Shown: positions 43,759 through 54,687, counted from the first letter of the stretch. The stretch: 64,000 bases of DNA from a virus (IMGVR_UViG_2974594805_000001:12467-76466), one strand, 5' to 3'. Notes: generated from the sequence alone by a model not told the origin. A program made the numbers and translations.

Positions 43759-46509
43759 TCAGTTCCTCGGCAAAGTTCGCTGAATTTCTGGAAAGTCATT
43801 TACCATAGATAGGGTGAGTTCTACAACGTCAGTACCCGTCATCGTGGTTCGGCTGATGTAACCATCCAGAGTCTCAGGAAGATAACCGCGTGAGCCGCCA
43901 GTGTTCCTTGAGCTATCTGTAAAGATCATCGGGTTAAAATTCAAACCGTTATTGTCATAAAGCTCTGACAGGAGGTCATTTATCCTGTCCATTTGAGCTT
44001 CATACGAGTTTTCATCGTTGGCCAGATCTTCACGCATCTCATTGATGTCACCCTGTACCCAGCCAGCATAACCGTTTGCCAAAGCATTACCCAAACCAAG
44101 GATACCCTGAGTCGAGAAGAGTGATGTACCAGACACACCCATCGACAGGGCAAACCCTGCGATTGCTGCAAACAGTGCTCCCCACTTCTCTCCGAAGAGG
44201 GCTGTACCCACGATCTTGAGAACCTCGGCAATGATGATCGAAGCAACGTAGTTGGCAACTACACCTGCGACCAGAGCCGCTGTACCCGTAAGGCCCAGAG
44301 CAGTGCCAATGGCAAGGTTCCCTCCAAGGATACCACCCCCTGCTGCAAAGGCACCGGGGAATACGACCACGGCCACCACAATGATGAGAATCACAAGCAG
44401 GATCTTAAAGATTCCTCGCTCGTACCAGCGTTGTTTTGTCACCTCATAGCTGTTGAATAGGATGTGAGAATTGGCTGTAGACATCTGGGTATAGTCCACA
44501 ATCCCCATGGCTTTCATCGTGGGGTAATGCAGTGGAACCAAGAAACCAGATTCTTCAGTATCTGTCAGAGCTTCAGTCGATGTGATTGTCACCGACTTTC
44601 CACCGTAGATGTAGTTGTAATGGGTCAGTCCCCAGATTTGCATTCGACGGTAAGCACCATCAGATACCTGCCACCACACATACATCGACGGAATAGAGCG
44701 ATTTATCACACGCTCTTCTTCACCATCTCTGGTGTTGTATGATTCACGTTCCTGCCATGAAAACGAAGGTCCAACTGTCAGAACACAATCGTCTTTCTTG
44801 GCATTCTGTCCCAGATTAAGTCCGAGATCGGCTCGAACATCTGCACTAAAATCAGCCATGTTTCCATTGAACTGTTCGATTTCACAATGGACCCAGAGCA
44901 TCCGGATATCAAAACCAAGAGCACCATCCCTCAGAATGATAGAGTTCGTAGGTGGTGGTGAGATACTCGGAATCGTAGGACGTTCAGTGATTGCTCCCCA
45001 CAAACCACCAATAGCATCAGGATTATTGACGTTGTTCTCCCAGTCTCGAAGATCATCAAGTGCTTGATTATATGCAATAACCTCAGCTTCAAGATTCGAC
45101 ATAGCGTTGCCAGATCCACCCTGTTGGAATGGAATCATCTGCTCAAAGAAGTTGTAGATGTATCGACGGCAAGCGTGCTCTTTCACATTGAGAGATGCAC
45201 CAAAGCACAGATACGCATAGTCAATATCTGCAATAGACGGATTGTCTTCGACAGACTGAACCAATGAACCAAACTTCTTGTCGAAGCCAAAGCCTCGTTT
45301 ATAAGCCTTGGCCATTTCATCAAAGAGATCTGAATAAACAGGTTCAGCGACAGAAACGTTGTTGATTCGAACTGGCATGAACGGGAAAAACTCTTGGAAA
45401 CCAGATGCATCAACATCAGTAACCAAAGCATCCAGAGTCGCGTTACCTGTACCGACTTCGTAAATGAAGATCTGCTCAGGACCATATTGTTCACCACTGA
45501 AGATGTCAGTGATGTCGAGACGAGTCTCATATGACGGAGTGATCTGTTCTCCTGTGGTGGTTTCTGTCCGGGTTTCAATCACCCCACCACCAAGATCTGT
45601 TTGAGTCACCTGCACATCCACATAGTCATTTGTGACAGTGTAGGTTTCTGTGATGTGCTGATCCTGACGTTCACCAACGGTAGAAATACCAGCTACTTGA
45701 GTTACAATCTCACGCTGGTAATGGAACACACCATTCGGAAGTTCCTGACCATTGAGGTTTGCAGGAACATCAGTTTCGATCTGATTGTCTGGATCACCAT
45801 TGTTGTAGCTTAGAACCGTGTTACGGACTCGAACCAAATCAACAGGAGTAAATGTGTCATTCGCTAAGATCGTATCCCAGCCAGTCACATCAGGTGCTGT
45901 TGGTTGGTTTGTCAGAGTCGGGCCAGTCTGAAGAGGCTGCTCAGATGCATCCAGATACTCGATATACTCAGCCACGATGTAACGAGCACTCGGATTGTAG
46001 ACCGGTGCTACGTTGTTCGTCCAACTGAAGAAATCGTTGTTGGGAAACTCCACAGAGAAAGTGTTGGTGTCTGGTTCATATTCTCCAAGCCAGTCTTCAC
46101 CAATTCTTTCTGGGTGGTTTTGTAGGATCCACCGTTTGATCCAACCTTCGAAATCACCATCTGTGACCTCAGCCTTGTAACAGGAGAGAGTCAATCCGAC
46201 AGGTGCAGGAGGAACAGGAGACGCAGGAATCTGCCCCTGAACCACAGTGGTATCCAGAGGGTTGTTGTTCACAATGGTTGCAGTCGGAAGCCCAGAGATG
46301 TTGTTCCGGTCGCAATAGCGAAAGAACTGACGTTGCTGGAGTCCGGGACCACCAAAGTATCCCGTCTGAATATCATCAGCAAGAGATGGGCTGCCAGAGA
46401 TGACAGAACCAAACACAGTACCTTTGAGGAAATCAGGACGGTCTCGTTCATCCCCTGCCATATTGTACAGAGTTGACGAGACCGTGATGATCTTCTTGGA
46501 GCCAAACAT
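43759..46509 (-). CDS. Virion structural protein (N4 gp53-like)
   Basis: True start MFGSKKIITVSS at 46509 with AGGAG RBS; C-terminal hydrophobic stretch; synteny. Confidence 0.75.
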   Translation of the reverse strand: MFGSKKIITVSSTLYNMAGDERDRPDFLKGTVFGSVISGSPSLADDIQTGYFGGPGLQQRQFFRYCDRNNISGLPTATIVNNNPLDTTVVQGQIPASPVPPAPVGLTLSCYKAEVTDGDFEGWIKRWILQNHPERIGEDWLGEYEPDTNTFSVEFPNNDFFSWTNNVAPVYNPSARYIVAEYIEYLDASEQPLQTGPTLTNQPTAPDVTGWDTILANDTFTPVDLVRVRNTVLSYNNGDPDNQIETDVPANLNGQELPNGVFHYQREIVTQVAGISTVGERQDQHITETYTVTNDYVDVQVTQTDLGGGVIETRTETTTGEQITPSYETRLDITDIFSGEQYGPEQIFIYEVGTGNATLDALVTDVDASGFQEFFPFMPVRINNVSVAEPVYSDLFDEMAKAYKRGFGFDKKFGSLVQSVEDNPSIADIDYAYLCFGASLNVKEHACRRYIYNFFEQMIPFQQGGSGNAMSNLEAEVIAYNQALDDLRDWENNVNNPDAIGGLWGAITERPTIPSISPPPTNSIILRDGALGFDIRMLWVHCEIEQFNGNMADFSADVRADLGLNLGQNAKKDDCVLTVGPSFSWQERESYNTRDGEEERVINRSIPSMYVWWQVSDGAYRRMQIWGLTHYNYIYGGKSVTITSTEALTDTEESGFLVPLHYPTMKAMGIVDYTQMSTANSHILFNSYEVTKQRWYERGIFKILLVILIIVVAVVVFPGAFAAGGGILGGNLAIGTALGLTGTAALVAGVVANYVASIIIAEVLKIVGTALFGEKWGALFAAIAGFALSMGVSGTSLFSTQGILGLGNALANGYAGWVQGDINEMREDLANDENSYEAQMDRINDLLSELYDNNGLNFNPMIFTDSSRNTGGSRGYLPETLDGYISRTTMTGTDVVELTLSMVNDFPEIQRTLPRN

Positions 46510-46519
46510 ATGAGACTCC

Positions 46520-47866
46520 TTACAGGTTGTTGTTCGTGCGCATCGCCTGAAGAACTGCGTTGATGTTGGCCTCGTTGAACTGTGTCGGAGGTGCGATACC
46601 TTCGTCCAGAGTTTTCTGAGTAACCCAAGCATCAGAGTACAGCTTACCAGCTTTGTACTGAGCATCCTTGATGAAGCTGTCGATCTGCTGATCATACAGA
46701 TCTTTCTGCTTCCCAACGGAGCCTTCAACCACAGCACCATCCGAACGGTTGTCCAGAGTCTTGGCACGTTCAGCTTCACCCTGTTCATTGGTCAGAGTGA
46801 TCTGCTCGTTCAACAGGGTCAACTGTGTCGGCAAGGTGTTGTTCAGGTTGTACTCTTTGATGTCTGCATCAGCAGTCAGGTTCCGTTTCTGCAAACCAAT
46901 AACACCAGAGATCGGAGTGAGACCATCACGACGAGTTTCCAGAGTGTTTGCACGTTCCTTCTCAATCTGCTCATGAATGAGTTCAGACTCAGCAGGCTGA
47001 CGGATATTGACGATGTGCTGCTGCTGAGCAAGTTCAATCGGCAGCATGTTGTCACGACGGAATTCCTCGATATCCGCAGCAATGGTGATAACACGATCAC
47101 GCTGCAAGGTCTGGATATCTGCTTCCAGAGGCTGGAGAACACGGTTCTGGTATTCTGCGATAGAAGCCTGTGCAGGAAGGATACGATCCACCTGTACGTT
47201 ATTCATAGCCACAGTCGAAGGCATCACTTGCTGACGCTCGTAATGTTTGATGGCCACATCAGCAGGCATATCGTAGTTCAACTGATACTGCTTCATGGCA
47301 GTTTCGACAGTGATACCGTCATGACGTGCTTCCTCAGAAGCAAGCTGCATCTTCGTGAGAGCGTATTGTGCAGCCGTCAGGTTCAGTTGGAAGTTGTCAT
47401 TTGCAGCTTGGATCTTGGCTCGTTCGAGTTCAACCAAAGCAACAGTGGCTTGGATCTCTGCAATACGGGCCTGCATCTGTGCGGTCACAGCAGCCCAGCG
47501 AGCCTGATCTTTCTGTAGGGTGAAGCTGACAGCCTGTCCCATCACCTGATTGGCGACAGCAGTGTAGACCTCAGCGTATTGAGCACCGGTAATTCGATTG
47601 CCTTTGAATTCACGCTCAAGATGAGCATCCATTGACTTCATGAAGACATCAAAAGCACCTGCACCGTCGATGTTTGCTTCTGTGACTTCTGCAATGGTTG
47701 CTCCGGTAATGTCGGAATACAGGGCAGAGTTTTGATCAGGAGTGAAAGAGAACTTCGGATCATTAAAGTCAGGAGACGCAGGAATAGTTACCCCTGCGGT
47801 GAGGGTCGTAAACAGAGAATTCGCCAGATCGGACGAATTGTCGATGTTGGTGACAGATTCAGACAT
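46520..47866 (-). CDS. Virion structural protein (N4 gp54-like)
   Basis: AAGGAG RBS before ATG 47866; GAFDVFM..MDAHL..EF...RITG..YAEVY N-terminus, coiled coil. Confidence 0.75.
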   Translation of the reverse strand: MSESVTNIDNSSDLANSLFTTLTAGVTIPASPDFNDPKFSFTPDQNSALYSDITGATIAEVTEANIDGAGAFDVFMKSMDAHLEREFKGNRITGAQYAEVYTAVANQVMGQAVSFTLQKDQARWAAVTAQMQARIAEIQATVALVELERAKIQAANDNFQLNLTAAQYALTKMQLASEEARHDGITVETAMKQYQLNYDMPADVAIKHYERQQVMPSTVAMNNVQVDRILPAQASIAEYQNRVLQPLEADIQTLQRDRVITIAADIEEFRRDNMLPIELAQQQHIVNIRQPAESELIHEQIEKERANTLETRRDGLTPISGVIGLQKRNLTADADIKEYNLNNTLPTQLTLLNEQITLTNEQGEAERAKTLDNRSDGAVVEGSVGKQKDLYDQQIDSFIKDAQYKAGKLYSDAWVTQKTLDEGIAPPTQFNEANINAVLQAMRTNNNL

Positions 47867-47901
47867 GCCAAAAACTCCTTTGTTCACGACCCTCTATAGC
47901 G

Positions 47902-48627
47902 TCAAGCAGCAGCGGTGTCGATTGCTCCGCGTGCTTTCTGGTCCTGACCCAGAGCTTCAAGCTCCTGTTCGGTCAGTTCATCCAGATACTCGATGTTGAA
48001 ACGAGGCATCTGAACAGTCTTGTACTGTTTGACACCGAAGCTCGATCCGGGAGTTTTGATCTCCTTCCGCATCGTGTACTTCTCTTGTTTCATCGAGTTG
48101 ATCAGACACTCTGGCAGGTGCCAGCCATGTTCGTTCTCGTCACCATATGGGACGTACTTCGACACTTTGCCGAGGTATTTGTTGAACACGGTCTTGATGG
48201 CACCCGGAACAGCAGCTTCCGAAGGATCGAGATTGTGAACACGCACACGATGCAGACGCAGTGCCTTGGCACGAACGATTGCACGTTTCTCGACTTCAGA
48301 GAGACCCGGTTTCCGTGGATCCATCTTGGCCAGCAGAGTACGGGGCTGATCCAGAAGACTCTTTGGCTCAGGAGCAGGTGCAGGTTCTGCCTGCTTAGCT
48401 GCCAGAGCAGCAGCAACCGGATCATTCGCATCCGGAGGAGTCTCAGTCTCAGCTTCGATCTTCGCTTGCAGAACAGGAATGATCTTTTCTTTCAGCGTAC
48501 CGTTGCCGGTATTGCCGGAAAAAGTGATGTCCAGTTCGTTTGCGATAAACCGCAGCACTTCTTTGTCTTCGGTGTCAGTCACCAGTTCCAGAAGTTCTGC
48601 GTTGGTTTTGTTGGAGATATCATCCAT
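47902..48627 (-). CDS. N4 gp55-like protein
   Basis: Synteny after the major capsid gene; LHRVRVHNLDP...GWHLP; start moved to ATG 48627. Confidence 0.7.
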   Translation of the reverse strand: MDDISNKTNAELLELVTDTEDKEVLRFIANELDITFSGNTGNGTLKEKIIPVLQAKIEAETETPPDANDPVAAALAAKQAEPAPAPEPKSLLDQPRTLLAKMDPRKPGLSEVEKRAIVRAKALRLHRVRVHNLDPSEAAVPGAIKTVFNKYLGKVSKYVPYGDENEHGWHLPECLINSMKQEKYTMRKEIKTPGSSFGVKQYKTVQMPRFNIEYLDELTEQELEALGQDQKARGAIDTAAA

Positions 48628-48691
48628 TGGGTTATTCCTTTTGAAGTTACCATGGTGTGGCTCGCTTAACACAGCCTAAACCCTATGGCAA

Positions 48692-48718
48692 ATGAAAGAG
48701 GCCCCACAAGGGGGCCTC
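48692..48718 (-). terminator. Terminator/attenuator after the major capsid gene
   Basis: GAGGCCCC/GGGGCCTC inverted repeat followed on the - strand by TTTCATT. Confidence 0.75.
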
Positions 48719-48741
48719 AATCAATCACTTAGTGGATCAGA

Positions 48742-50187
48742 TCAATCCGGGATCGGGCTGTAGGCAACCGCCATACGCTCGCCACGGAGCTTGATGAAGC
48801 CATAGAAGAACTTCACCGAGGAGAACCCGATCTTACCGTAGGGATCGGTCCGGTCGGCAGTTTTCTCACCGGGCTTCTTGACGATGATCCGGAACTTCGC
48901 TTTCGCACCAGTACCCATGCCTTGCAGACCAATGGTCGCAAATGCCTGATCACCGATCACGAGCAGCGGAGCCACGTCGTACTTGCCGCCAGTTGCTTGG
49001 TAGCCACCGTTGGTGGACTCAGCAGCACCGACACCCTGCCAACGCATCATCTGCGGAACCACAACGATCCGAAGGTGAGCAGTCGGGATTGCACCGATTT
49101 CACCGTTCATGATGGTTGCAGCATCTGCATACTGCTCAACCGGCACGAAGTCAGCCCAGTCACTGATCATGATCTGGAGTTCCGAACCGATGTAAGCGAT
49201 ACGCGAAGCCGAGATCACGCGGGTATCCGTCATACGGGAACCTTTGATGATCGTGGTCTTCTTGGGCGTTCGGTTGTCATCGAGAGTCACCGACAGACGC
49301 TTCAGGTCGCCAACGTCCAACAGGTCCACAGAACCGGATTCACCGGAGATCTCGTGAATTGCAGTTGCAACGCCGGGGAACACTTTCACGTCGGCTGCGT
49401 TCAGCAGGTCAGCTTGCAGCAGATCCTCGTTGATTTCGTTCGCACCACGCAGCATCTCACGGCTCAGGTGGCCATAGAGATCCGAGTCGGTATCGAACAT
49501 CAGCGAGTCCTCAGTCCACTCCATGAAGAAGCCGTACTCTTGGATCTCACCTTTCCGCTCCAGACGGGTAAAGCCGACGCGGTTCACGCGACCACCTTGT
49601 TCCGTCAGGGTCGGCATCTTGCCGAGAATCGTACCCACGTCACGGGAACCACCGTACAGAGCACCAACGTTCTCCTGCTTCACACCAGCACCAGCAGCCG
49701 CAATTGCAGCATCGGCAGTGGCTTCGTCAGCATATTCAACGACGTTGGTCGTCATGCCGAGCAGGGTCAGGCCAGTACCACCAGTGTCATCAGCAGCGTC
49801 CGAAGCAACCACGACGGCAGAACCATCAGCAGCAGAGACGTTGTTGTTGATCGCGGTTACAGCAGCAGCCGAACCAGCGTTCGCAACACGAACACCAGTC
49901 ACAGGGAAAGTGACCGTGAACGTACCGGGGACACGAGCAGCACCCAGAGCGTCGATACCCTGATCGTTCACGTTCAGTTCGTCGAGCAGCGGGACGTAGT
50001 AGTAGACCCGCAGTTCTTTACCGTAGTGCTTCGGCATAGAACGAACATCAGCCAGCGGCGAGAAGTACATTTCTTCCGCAGCGTCGATCAGAGATTTCCG
50101 GTCCCAATAGTGGGTGTTGAACTGAGGGCCGACACTGGACTGATTACCAGCGACGTTTACCTCGGGGGCGTTATAAATCTGAGTCAT
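48742..50187 (-). CDS. Major capsid protein, N4-gp56 family
   Basis: MPKHYGK...YYYVPLLD..NVNDQGIDA, EQGGRVNRVGFTR and DPYGKIGFSS motifs. Confidence 0.95.
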   Translation of the reverse strand: MTQIYNAPEVNVAGNQSSVGPQFNTHYWDRKSLIDAAEEMYFSPLADVRSMPKHYGKELRVYYYVPLLDELNVNDQGIDALGAARVPGTFTVTFPVTGVRVANAGSAAAVTAINNNVSAADGSAVVVASDAADDTGGTGLTLLGMTTNVVEYADEATADAAIAAAGAGVKQENVGALYGGSRDVGTILGKMPTLTEQGGRVNRVGFTRLERKGEIQEYGFFMEWTEDSLMFDTDSDLYGHLSREMLRGANEINEDLLQADLLNAADVKVFPGVATAIHEISGESGSVDLLDVGDLKRLSVTLDDNRTPKKTTIIKGSRMTDTRVISASRIAYIGSELQIMISDWADFVPVEQYADAATIMNGEIGAIPTAHLRIVVVPQMMRWQGVGAAESTNGGYQATGGKYDVAPLLVIGDQAFATIGLQGMGTGAKAKFRIIVKKPGEKTADRTDPYGKIGFSSVKFFYGFIKLRGERMAVAYSPIPD

Positions 50188-50221
50188 GGCGATATCCTTT
50201 CTATGCTGTGCTCAGAAGCGT

Positions 50222-51598
50222 TTATTCGGGAGGAGCCATCTTCAGGAATTCCTCATCCGACATCTTGGAGAAGTCAGGCTGGGTAGGTGTCGTGTTTCCA
50301 GACTGCTTCGAGGGAGGTGTCGAAGAAAGATGTGGATTGGCAGCAGGTTTCTTCGGAGCCTGATTCTGCTTCCTTGCTCCCGACGCGACTGGCTGACCCT
50401 GTGGTTGGCTTGCTAGAGGAGCCATCGGATTGCCATTTGCAGCGGGGGTTTTTGCTTCGTCGAAAACTCCAGCGTTCTTCATGGCTTCACCAACTTGGTC
50501 AAACGCTTGAAGGAACGGAACACCGACTAGATAGCCCTGTGCCTGCTGGTAGTCCAACTCTGCAACCACTTTGTCGTACACACCGGACATCTTCATCTGG
50601 GTCAAATTGCCGAGAATACTCGGGTTTTCCCGGAGTTTTGCCTTAGACTGCACGTCCCAGTTAGCGTGAATGTCGTTCACCAGAGCCTGACCTTCAGGGA
50701 TGGCAATAGCTTCATCCAGAGCATCACGGAACGCATTGTCTTGTGCGTTACCACCGTAGTTAGTGGCCTGATAACCCGAATCCTTTTCGGTATCAAGGTC
50801 CATGGGATCAATATTGTGACTTTTCAGCAACTTCGCAATGGCTTCTTTGTTGCCTTTCATCAAGTCGATTGCAAAGTTCAACTTGTTCTGATCGGCCAAA
50901 CCATTGTCTTGAAGCATCCGATTCATTGCTTTCATCGGCTTCAGTTCATGCATACGACGTGAATAGTTCACGCCTTGCTGCATCAGTCGGATGGCATCTT
51001 CAGGACTGCGAACAGTGAAGTCTTTGCCATCTGCTTTGAAAGGCACAGACAGTTTCTTGTAGAAATCGACTGCTGCGTCGAGTCCTGCACTGTCCATGCC
51101 TTCCGGAAGTTTGTAGTACCCAGCTTTTGCAGGAGTTTCAGCCTTGGCCTCAGCCTTTGGCTTTACTTCTCCATCTCCGGATACATCTCCCACTCCTCCT
51201 TCTCCGGCTTCGGAGCCAGTCTTCCCTTCTTCTTGGGAGTCTGGAGTGGGCTGCTGATTGTCCGTCGATTCACCTGCTTCGGATGCTGGTTTGCCTTCAC
51301 CTGCCATGGGATCCTGTTGTCCATCGACATTCGCTTCGTCTTTCGAGGCACTGCCGTCGGTATCAGGATCAGGTTGGGAACCATCAGACTCAGCAGCGTT
51401 GCTGCCGTCGTCGCCATCCACGTCTTCATCGGCGTCAGGTGTTTCTTGAGCATGAGCATCTCCTTCAGGTGCTTTGGCTTCGGAGAAATCAGTTTCTCCC
51501 TCTGCCATATTACCAGAAAACTCGGACTCATCCAGTTTCAGAAAGTCCTCGTCGCTCATGTTTTCAAAATCTTGTTCAGTCACTGGTTTTTTAGCCAT
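50222..51598 (-). CDS. N4 gp57-like protein (acidic, scaffold-like; often annotated tape measure)
   Basis: Synteny between gp58 and the capsid gene; matching FENMSDEDFLK / FSKMSDEEFLK terminal motifs. Confidence 0.75.
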   Translation of the reverse strand: MAKKPVTEQDFENMSDEDFLKLDESEFSGNMAEGETDFSEAKAPEGDAHAQETPDADEDVDGDDGSNAAESDGSQPDPDTDGSASKDEANVDGQQDPMAGEGKPASEAGESTDNQQPTPDSQEEGKTGSEAGEGGVGDVSGDGEVKPKAEAKAETPAKAGYYKLPEGMDSAGLDAAVDFYKKLSVPFKADGKDFTVRSPEDAIRLMQQGVNYSRRMHELKPMKAMNRMLQDNGLADQNKLNFAIDLMKGNKEAIAKLLKSHNIDPMDLDTEKDSGYQATNYGGNAQDNAFRDALDEAIAIPEGQALVNDIHANWDVQSKAKLRENPSILGNLTQMKMSGVYDKVVAELDYQQAQGYLVGVPFLQAFDQVGEAMKNAGVFDEAKTPAANGNPMAPLASQPQGQPVASGARKQNQAPKKPAANPHLSSTPPSKQSGNTTPTQPDFSKMSDEEFLKMAPPE

Positions 51599-51633
51599 GA
51601 TATCTCTCCATCATTGGGCTTCAGGGAAATGGC

Positions 51634-51654
51634 AAAAGCCGGGGTTTACCCGGC
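51634..51654 (-). terminator. Terminator-like hairpin overlapping the gp58 stop
   Basis: On the - strand GCCGGG-TAAAC-CCCGGC-TTTT. Confidence 0.6.
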
Positions 51655-52038
51655 CTCTGCTGCTTCTGCTTCTTTGATCGCAAGATCTCGGGCTTCTTCG
51701 AGAGCTTTCAACTCATCGGCAGCCATGTGACCTTGTTCGACGAACATCTTCATGTAGTTCCGGAAGGAACCAACAGCACGAAGATCCATCGTACAGGCTT
51801 CCAGCGACTGAGCAGTGAGTCGGCCAGATGCCATCAGGTCAGCAATTCGTTTGGGTTCGTCATCGAGATACCCTTCAATAACCAAGGACTTGAAGTCCGG
51901 GTTATCAGCCAGACGTTTTGCCGCTTCACCACGAGCAATCAGAGTCTCGTAGTGTTCTTTGGCTTCAACGTATTGTTCGTGGGTAAGCTCGATTTCTTGG
52001 GGTTCTTCCATCCCCATGGATGCGTTGTACAGATCCAT
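51646..52038 (-). CDS. N4 gp58-like protein
   Basis: Synteny; RLADNPDFKSLVIEGYL motif. Confidence 0.75.
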   Translation of the reverse strand: MDLYNASMGMEEPQEIELTHEQYVEAKEHYETLIARGEAAKRLADNPDFKSLVIEGYLDDEPKRIADLMASGRLTAQSLEACTMDLRAVGSFRNYMKMFVEQGHMAADELKALEEARDLAIKEAEAAEAG

Positions 52039-52091
52039 ATGCAGTCTCCAGTATTGGACCGGGAGACCGAGTATTCAGTCTCCCTTCAGTC

Positions 52092-54392
52092 TTACTGGGT
52101 GCTCAATGGCCCAACTGGAAGCTGTTGTCCAGAAAATTGTGGAGGAACCATAGAGGGATCTGAGAATCCTGAGCCAAGTTTTGGAGCAGTATCCTGATCA
52201 TTCTTGGTTTTCGTCAGTTCGTTGAAACCAACGGCAGCCTCGATATTCTGAGGAGGTGCTTCACCTTTAGTGAGAGCCTTGGTGATCTCCAGATCACGGT
52301 TCCCACGAGCTTGAGCACCCATCTTCTGGATTTCACGACGATGCTTCTCACCAGAGTCAACATCTTCGATCTCCTGCCAGATCTGAGCAGCTTTCGCACG
52401 AGCCTCTTCAGTACGAGCAGCATCAAGTTCTGCATCACGCTGGAGTTTGGCCAGTTGTGCTTCTGCCAGAGCAACTTGCATCGGATCAGGCTGAGGCTGA
52501 TACGAACGAATCTGTTCTGCCAGATCAGGCATACGCTTGAGATCGGAGATCTTGGCAAGGATCATACGACGTACATTCGGATCTTCATCCGGACCAATGG
52601 TTTGAAGCATGAAACCAAGATCCTGAGCACGTTGTTCATCGACCGATGCAGTGGAGATATCGACTTTCAGATCGAAGTTCCCCATCAACTCGGCTTTGGA
52701 AATCTCTACGAACGTATCGTGTGTGACCCGAACAACCTCTTTTTCGGACAGAAACTCTGCGTTCATAGAGATAATTTTCTTCCCGATGTCCTGCATACCT
52801 TTTGCAAGACGACGGAGAATGCTCATCTCCCGAGTAGCTGCACTGTCGAGAGCACCACGAATGCCGGTGGCCACTGAGCCATAGGCGTCGCCAGAAATAC
52901 CACCAGAGAAGGACTTGACGCCAGTAAGTGCTTCAGCGTCCTGATTTTGAGACATAATTGTTTCATGAGCAGACCTCGGAATCTCCGGATATTGCATCTG
53001 TTGGATGTTGGTTCGTGGATCACCATTTGGGTTGAACTCGAAATCTTCGCCAGAGGTGAATCGACGTTTGTTGATCGGATCCAAGAACCCTTTTGCATAC
53101 CCAGTCTGAGCATTTGCAGAACGACCCATGAGGTCAATCATGCCACGAGTCACAGCACCGATAATACGCTGGTTGTCCTGCAACAGCGAAGCATCTGCCT
53201 CACCAAAGACAGACTTGAGAATCGGCATATACGGAACGATCACAAACGGAGGACGGTTATCCGGGAAAGGATTCTCCTGCATCTGAATGATCTGGTTTCC
53301 GATCCATGTCACAACGATAGGAACCATGACACCAGTTTCCTGAGTGTCGAACAGTCCCCAGTATTCGTAAACCAACACAGGAGATTTGTCCGAGTTGGTA
53401 CGCATGTCGTTTTGTGGAGTGTTGGATTCATGATCTGGATCACCGTGTTTTCCTTGGATCTTGTTTCCGTTCCAGTCCACCTTATCGAGATTCTTGTACT
53501 GGTCTTTTTTGGCCATCAAATCTGACTTGGTGGCTTCATAGGTGTAGACCATAAATGATGCTCGTTCCCAATCGCCTTCACAGGCTGGGTCAACGAACAG
53601 GTTTGCCACGTTCACGATGCGCAGAGATGGGCAATTCTTGCTCATAACTTCCTGAACACTCGTGGTCGTACCATTCTGCTTGGCCTCAACTGGCTGCCGA
53701 AGCTCAAGAGTCTTTTCGGCTGAAGCCTTCAGAGAGTCAGGCAAGGATTCGTACTCAGGTGTTTCAGCTTGAAGCATCTGGGCAGCCTGCATCACCATGC
53801 CTGCTGCATCTTGATCCTGTACCGGATAGTAGTCGTAGGAAGGGACTTCAACTTCACGGGTCATGTATTCCCGTTCCCAACCAACACGAACAACGACAGA
53901 ACCTTCATCCACCGCAGTTCGAACATAGCGGTCGATAAAGTCTACTTTGTTGATTTTGGTGTCGAATTGCCAGTTGAGTAGCACTTGGTTCTGTTTGGCC
54001 TTGGGGCCATCTTCCTCAGTGCGAGGCAAGACTTCAAACATCCGGTCCGTGTTCAGAAACGGTTCAGTCAAAGCTGGATATCGCCACTCATTGTGTTTGC
54101 GAATGAGCTTTGGCTGAACCGCTGATCGACCGGGTTTAGCTTTTTTCGGAGCTTCAGGACCAGTGGCGTTACGGAGGTTCAACCAACCTTCAACGTTGCC
54201 TTTCTGATCGTTCGTCTCATCACGAGCGAATTCAAGATCCGACAGAAGTTCTGTCAGAGTCGGTTCTTTCTTCCAGTCAGTGAACTTCATCTCCTCTTTT
54301 TCAGAGGTGACTTCGTTCGCATCCACAGGATCATCACCGGCTTGTTCGTTCCGGTTCTCCGACTGCATCTTGTATTCGTCGTTCATTTCCAT
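52092..54392 (-). CDS. Portal protein (N4 gp59-like)
   Basis: 766 aa; GRSAVQPKLIRKHNEWRYPALTEPF; position before scaffold and capsid genes. Confidence 0.92.
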   Translation of the reverse strand: MEMNDEYKMQSENRNEQAGDDPVDANEVTSEKEEMKFTDWKKEPTLTELLSDLEFARDETNDQKGNVEGWLNLRNATGPEAPKKAKPGRSAVQPKLIRKHNEWRYPALTEPFLNTDRMFEVLPRTEEDGPKAKQNQVLLNWQFDTKINKVDFIDRYVRTAVDEGSVVVRVGWEREYMTREVEVPSYDYYPVQDQDAAGMVMQAAQMLQAETPEYESLPDSLKASAEKTLELRQPVEAKQNGTTTSVQEVMSKNCPSLRIVNVANLFVDPACEGDWERASFMVYTYEATKSDLMAKKDQYKNLDKVDWNGNKIQGKHGDPDHESNTPQNDMRTNSDKSPVLVYEYWGLFDTQETGVMVPIVVTWIGNQIIQMQENPFPDNRPPFVIVPYMPILKSVFGEADASLLQDNQRIIGAVTRGMIDLMGRSANAQTGYAKGFLDPINKRRFTSGEDFEFNPNGDPRTNIQQMQYPEIPRSAHETIMSQNQDAEALTGVKSFSGGISGDAYGSVATGIRGALDSAATREMSILRRLAKGMQDIGKKIISMNAEFLSEKEVVRVTHDTFVEISKAELMGNFDLKVDISTASVDEQRAQDLGFMLQTIGPDEDPNVRRMILAKISDLKRMPDLAEQIRSYQPQPDPMQVALAEAQLAKLQRDAELDAARTEEARAKAAQIWQEIEDVDSGEKHRREIQKMGAQARGNRDLEITKALTKGEAPPQNIEAAVGFNELTKTKNDQDTAPKLGSGFSDPSMVPPQFSGQQLPVGPLSTQ

Positions 54393-54396
54393 CGGA

Positions 54397-54687
54397 TTAC
54401 CTCAAGATATCTGAAAGGCTTTCGTAAGCCTCTACAGCAATTTCCTTTTCTTGACCACACTCGATCAAAGCATCGCCAAGACGACCCATACGTATTTCGT
54501 CTGAACCAACAGATGAACCACGAACTCCAGCAATCACATCAGATGGATGCGGACAAGGTTCTTCTACATCAGTCGGTAGCTGTTGGACTCGGACCCCATC
54601 TCCGCTCCAGCCTGCGCAACCCGCCAGTAGTAGCAACACCGGGAGCATCAGCACCTTCTGCGTTGAGAGCTTCGTTTTCAAGTTCAT
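54397..54687 (-). CDS. o-spanin (Rz1-like lipoprotein)
   Basis: Lipobox LLLLAGC, Pro/Cys-containing mature part; overlaps the i-spanin 3' end out of frame; the start could be 54648. Confidence 0.8.
   Translation of the reverse strand: MNLKTKLSTQKVLMLPVLLLLAGCAGWSGDGVRVQQLPTDVEEPCPHPSDVIAGVRGSSVGSDEIRMGRLGDALIECGQEKEIAVEAYESLSDILR

Noticed and set aside
43759-46788. 1009-aa version of the gp53-like ORF
   Set aside because: The first 93 codons overlap the gp54-like gene; an AGGAG RBS supports the start at 46509
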